Virus record (IMG/VR): IMGVR_UViG_3300021411_000080
Coordinates: 1 to 37,717 of that record
Strand: one strand, 5' to 3'
DNA length: 37,717 nt
Source of the DNA: a virus
Lineage: Duplodnaviria > Caudoviricetes
Part shown: positions 34,242 through 37,717 of the stretch, piece by piece
Layout: each line of letters begins with the position of its first letter
Position numbering within the stretch: position 1 is the stretch's first letter
Position numbers and translations under genes: made by a program
Notes under the pieces: model-generated
What the model saw: the letters and a program-made list of their open reading frames with translations, nothing else
Told to the model about the DNA's origin: nothing
Databases searched by the model: none

Positions 34242-34393
34242 TACACCTCCTTGGCGGGCTTCGTCCGGAACTCCTTCGGCACGTCCCGCGCGTCTTTCCA
34301 CTGCCGCAGCTCACGCAACCTGCGGGCGTCGGCCACGGAGTGCACACCACGCCTGAGCAGGGCGAAATATTCCTCACGCTCGGCGCGAGCCAT
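34241..34393 (-). CDS. Hypothetical protein (50 aa)
   Basis: ATG 3 nt after upstream stop; coupled to terL. Confidence 0.55.
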   Translation of the reverse strand: MARAEREEYFALLRRGVHSVADARRLRELRQWKDARDVPKEFRTKPAKEV

Positions 34394-34395
34394 GG

Positions 34396-34677
34396 TTACG
34401 GGTAGGTCGTGTAGAGGGTGGCGAACTTGGCAGCCGTGTACTGCGCCCACTGGCCGCCGTTGTATCCGACGTAGCTGCCGGTCGGGACCGTGAACACGAG
34501 GCTGTTGTTGGAGATCACCACCGCGTTAGTGGTCTCCCCGGACAGCGTGTCGGCGATGACCTGAATGTTCAGCGACGGGTACGCCGCGATCAGCGCCGTC
34601 TGCAGAGCGCCGACCGTGCTGGAGTACTGCGTGAAGGTCTGCAGCGGGCTCAGATTGGCGGTGGGCAGGTACGTCAT
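34396..34677 (-). CDS. Hypothetical protein (93 aa)
   Basis: AGGAG RBS; packed ORF. Confidence 0.7.
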   Translation of the reverse strand: MTYLPTANLSPLQTFTQYSSTVGALQTALIAAYPSLNIQVIADTLSGETTNAVVISNNSLVFTVPTGSYVGYNGGQWAQYTAAKFATLYTTYP

Positions 34678-34686
34678 CAGAAGCTC

Positions 34687-35037
34687 CTACGGGACGGGAA
34701 ACGGGTCGGGCACACGAGAGCCCAGGTTGATCTCACGGTGGACGGTGATCTGTTCCCCGTCGCGTTCGCCGTACTCAAGCCACATGATCTTGTTCTTGAT
34801 GTCGGTGCCGGCTTCGCCCTGACGCTCCACCCAGTGCGTCAGTAGCACTTCGGCCGGGTCGATGCCGTGGGTTTCGAACCATGCCTGCCACAGCAGCACG
34901 TGCCCGGCCGACTCGTGGTTGATGTCCTCGCGGAAGTAGTCCCGCACGTGGTAGTGGCCATCTTCAGTGCAGCCGTGCTCCGGGCCCCTAGCGCTTTGGG
35001 GGCAGCGGCGGAGGTTCGAACCTCTATGGAGTGCCAT
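34687..35037 (-). CDS. Hypothetical protein (116 aa)
   Basis: ATG 35037 overlaps esterase end; W...HGIDP..V motif. Confidence 0.6.
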   Translation of the reverse strand: MALHRGSNLRRCPQSARGPEHGCTEDGHYHVRDYFREDINHESAGHVLLWQAWFETHGIDPAEVLLTHWVERQGEAGTDIKNKIMWLEYGERDGEQITVHREINLGSRVPDPFPVP

Positions 35038-36955
35038 AGAACGCTTTCTGGTTCGCCTCGGCGGTCGTCCGGTCCAAGGTCGGCAGCACCGACGTCCAGA
35101 ACACCGCCTCACTGAACGTCATGGCCAACGGGGCGAGCGACCCGGAACGGACAACACCGCCGAGGGCGAACCGGTCCCGGGTGGGCTCACCGGTGCCCCG
35201 GACGTAGGCGACCGACGCCAAGTCGACCGCCGCGTCCAACCACTGGGCCATCGCGGTGCCCGTGTCGGTCGCGGAGATCTGGTGGATGGCGCCGTTGAAC
35301 GCCGCCCCCGACCCCTGGTAGGTGGCGTCACTGGAGACGATTTGGATCGAGACCAGCGGGCGGGCCCGGGATAGTCCGCCACCGGCGACGTTGTCCGGCT
35401 GGCTCAGCCCGTACTGGAAGTTGGTTTGGGCGATGACCGCCTCGGCCCACCAGCGTTTCTGCGCGACCGGGGTAGCGGCGGACAGGACACCGCACACCGA
35501 CGCTGAGCCGGCCGCGAACAGGTTCGGCGTCGTTGAGAACACCACGTCGTCGACCCCATCGAACGTCACTGCGGGCTTCCCACCGGAGGCGATCACCGCG
35601 CCGGACGACACGAGCTTCGGCTGTGCGGTGGTGGTGGCCTGGGTGAGGTGCCGGGTGTTACCGGACTGGTCATACCACGTGTCTATGAACCCGTCGCCAG
35701 CGCCGGTGAACGTCAGCAAGCTCGCGGTGTCCAGGGCGCCGGAAGTAAACCCGATGTCCTGGGTGGTGGAGTCGGAAGAGCGGCGCACCTTGACCGCGCT
35801 ACCAGCGTAGCCAGGCACAACGAGGCGCAGCGAGTAGGCGCGGGCGGGGACGACGGACTGGCCGAGCCCGTTGTCTACGGGGGTCGCGGACACAGTCGCG
35901 GACACCGTTCCCGGGCCGGCGGTGGACACCGGGATCACCCGGAAGTCGTAGGAGGTGCCGGTGGTCAGCCCGGTCGCGTTCACGGTGAGGCCGGTGGTCG
36001 TGGCGATGGACGCAAACGTCGGCCCGGCGGTGGTTTTCGACTGGACGTTGTAGGCCGCGGCCCCCGACGTTGCCGCCCAGGTGAGGGTGAGCGCGGTGGC
36101 GCCGACACTGCTGGTCGCCAATCCGGTCGTCTGACCCGGCACGGCCGGCGGGGTGGGGTCGGCGGCACCGGTGAGGATCCGCTGGTAGGCGTCGAACATG
36201 GCCCGGCCCAGAATGCGCTGACCGGTGGCGTTGTAGTGGTTGCCGTCGTTGTTGTTCGCCCCGATCACCCCCGGGGCAATCCGGCACCGGGTGTTCCGCG
36301 ATGGGGTGGCCAGGTGCACCGTGTTGACCGCCGCTCGGGTGCCCGTCGCCAGATACTCCGGGACCATCTGCCCCATCACGAACGGCAAGCTCGGCAAACC
36401 CAGATCCGTGCGGGCACCGGTGATCAGGGCATCCAAGTCGGCCTGATGCGCCGCGCCGCTGATCCCGTTGTCACCATCGGTCTCACCCTGAATCCACAAG
36501 ATCGCCGCGACCCTGGCGTTCGCCCCCGCCGCCGCGAGTGCCGCTTGTGCTTGCGCTACTGCTTGGGCGTACAGACCCCCTGCCACACCGCGACGCCACC
36601 CCGTTGCCGATGCCGTTGACAGTTGGGTGCCGCCGAGCGCGGACGGCACCAACAACACCCTGCGGTTCACCGGGGCCGAATGCAGATACCAGCGAGCAAA
36701 CACCAGGCCGGGGCCGATCCCCGTCGGCACATCCTTCATGGCCAACGGCTCTACTGCCTGCGAGATCACCCCGGCGTAGGTGCCCGAGGCGCCCCACTGC
36801 TGGATGCGCGGATCGGAGACGTCGTAGCGGGTGGTGTCATAGGCGGCACCGCGCCCGGACATGTTCGACTGGCCCCACAGCAAGATCAGGTCATAGCCGA
36901 CGTCTGCGGTGCTCAGGGCGGTGCTGGCGGACGACGAAACATTCAGCTTCGACAC
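35024..36955 (-). CDS. SASA/SGNH (CE6-like) esterase + FN3 + arabinofuranosidase-B/LamG-like domain protein (643 aa)
   Basis: GQSNM (Ser), WIQGETD, DGNH (Asp/His); FN3 (LTW...Y.V...TGLTTGTSYDFRV); AYSLR...Y.G.AVKVRRSSD...DIGF...TWYDQSGN. Confidence 0.85.
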   Translation of the reverse strand: MSKLNVSSSASTALSTADVGYDLILLWGQSNMSGRGAAYDTTRYDVSDPRIQQWGASGTYAGVISQAVEPLAMKDVPTGIGPGLVFARWYLHSAPVNRRVLLVPSALGGTQLSTASATGWRRGVAGGLYAQAVAQAQAALAAAGANARVAAILWIQGETDGDNGISGAAHQADLDALITGARTDLGLPSLPFVMGQMVPEYLATGTRAAVNTVHLATPSRNTRCRIAPGVIGANNNDGNHYNATGQRILGRAMFDAYQRILTGAADPTPPAVPGQTTGLATSSVGATALTLTWAATSGAAAYNVQSKTTAGPTFASIATTTGLTVNATGLTTGTSYDFRVIPVSTAGPGTVSATVSATPVDNGLGQSVVPARAYSLRLVVPGYAGSAVKVRRSSDSTTQDIGFTSGALDTASLLTFTGAGDGFIDTWYDQSGNTRHLTQATTTAQPKLVSSGAVIASGGKPAVTFDGVDDVVFSTTPNLFAAGSASVCGVLSAATPVAQKRWWAEAVIAQTNFQYGLSQPDNVAGGGLSRARPLVSIQIVSSDATYQGSGAAFNGAIHQISATDTGTAMAQWLDAAVDLASVAYVRGTGEPTRDRFALGGVVRSGSLAPLAMTFSEAVFWTSVLPTLDRTTAEANQKAFYGTP

Positions 36956-36957
36956 AA

Positions 36958-37236
36958 CTACATGCCCGTTTCGAGGGTCTGCACGGTCTGAGTGCCGGAA
37001 GCGACGATGCCGTACACCAGCTCGCCGAGTTGAAGGTCAGCCTGGAACGTGGCCCCCGAGGGCAGCGTGAACCCGATGCTCGTGGTCACCGAGGCATTAC
37101 CGATCACCACGGCGGTCGGGCCCGGGTTGTAGAACGCCACCGAACCGCCGGCCTGGTTGTCGGCGCTGCCCGAATGCAGCGGGCCAATCAGGGTCGCGGT
37201 GGTGCCAACGCTCGTCTGGGATGTGTAGATGGCCAC
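36958..37236 (-). CDS. Small beta-rich hypothetical protein (92 aa)
   Basis: GTG overlapping terS stop (TAGTG), GGAGG RBS; VAIYTSQTSVGTTATLI. Confidence 0.7.
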   Translation of the reverse strand: MAIYTSQTSVGTTATLIGPLHSGSADNQAGGSVAFYNPGPTAVVIGNASVTTSIGFTLPSGATFQADLQLGELVYGIVASGTQTVQTLETGM

Positions 37237-37664
37237 TAGCCAGCCTCCGGGTCCACTGCCTTGAGCCGGATACGCGAAACCGGGGCCATCGGGGATCCAG
37301 ACATCTCGTCGTCCACGATCTCCCAGTCCAGAGACTTCATGGCGCGAGGGTTGCGGCCGAGGCGGTCTTCGAGCTGACGCAGCTCGGCGTGCAGCTGCGC
37401 CGAAGCCACTGTGGCCTTGTGCTCGCAGCGCAAAGCGACCGCGACGTCCACGTAGCGCGCGATGACGTCCTCGATGTGCATCCGAACCCAGACCTTGGCC
37501 TGGGGGGTGCGCCAGAGCTTGTCCCACAAGATCGCGTGAAGTTCGGTGTCTGGATCCCCGAACGGCCACTCGGGGATAGGGCCGTCATAGCCATCGAGCG
37601 GGAGCTTGGGCGTCGGCAGGTTCCGGCGAATGCGCTGGCCCTCCGGTTTACGTGGAGCGGGCAC
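37236..37664 (-). CDS. terS: Terminase small subunit (142 aa)
   Basis: GAGGAGGT RBS; PKP...RIRRN, PEWP, W..LWRTPQA..W, AELRQLEDRLG.NP.AM..L.W typical of actinophage TerS. Confidence 0.88.
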   Translation of the reverse strand: MPAPRKPEGQRIRRNLPTPKLPLDGYDGPIPEWPFGDPDTELHAILWDKLWRTPQAKVWVRMHIEDVIARYVDVAVALRCEHKATVASAQLHAELRQLEDRLGRNPRAMKSLDWEIVDDEMSGSPMAPVSRIRLKAVDPEAG

Positions 37665-37717
37665 GGGGACCTCCTCGTTTTGTTAGCGAAACGTACAGAC
37701 GGTTAAAGACCGGGAGG

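Larger units (their letters stand above)
1..37717. mobile_element. Actinobacterial tailed phage/prophage (siphovirus, HK97-type head), partial genome
   Basis: Ordered terS-terL-portal-protease-capsid-tail-tape measure-lysis genes on the minus strand; small overlapping phage-type genes at left; high GC; no host housekeeping genes. Confidence 0.97.

Noticed and set aside
32655-34301. Track start for terL at 34301 and similar upstream-extended starts (36958..37569, 24879..25586, 27746..28237, 7356..8138)
   Set aside because: Better starts with RBS or stop-start coupling lie downstream; the extensions overlap real genes.
1-37717. Integrase, attachment site or host boundary
   Set aside because: None recognisable; cannot tell prophage from free phage in this window.

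Overview
High-GC actinobacterial siphovirus (phage or prophage) segment. Most of the window (~3.5-37.7 kb) is one minus-strand late operon: terminase small subunit, five inserted genes (including a SASA/SGNH esterase-FN3 protein), terminase large subunit, HK97 portal, prohead protease and capsid, head-tail genes, major tail protein, frameshifted tail assembly chaperones, a 1655-aa tape measure and minor tail proteins. An unusually large (~7.5 kb) lysis/cell-envelope cassette and a distal tail-fibre cassette follow. The first ~3.3 kb holds small, tightly overlapping plus-strand genes that converge on the late operon. Most notable: (1) a phage-encoded class F sortase lipoprotein next to a secreted Cys-rich protein ending in a sortase-F-type motif (VPSGAVQTGG) with no membrane anchor; (2) an in-frame endolysin::r1t-holin fusion; (3) a 100-nt tRNA-like RNA with perfect acceptor/D/T arms and encoded CCA but no canonical anticodon arm; (4) a baseplate-hub gene split in two by an intervening gene; (5) a tail-fibre gene that apparently starts at ATC. 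Family assignments come from motif recognition by eye; no database search was run. No integrase, att site or CRISPR was seen.
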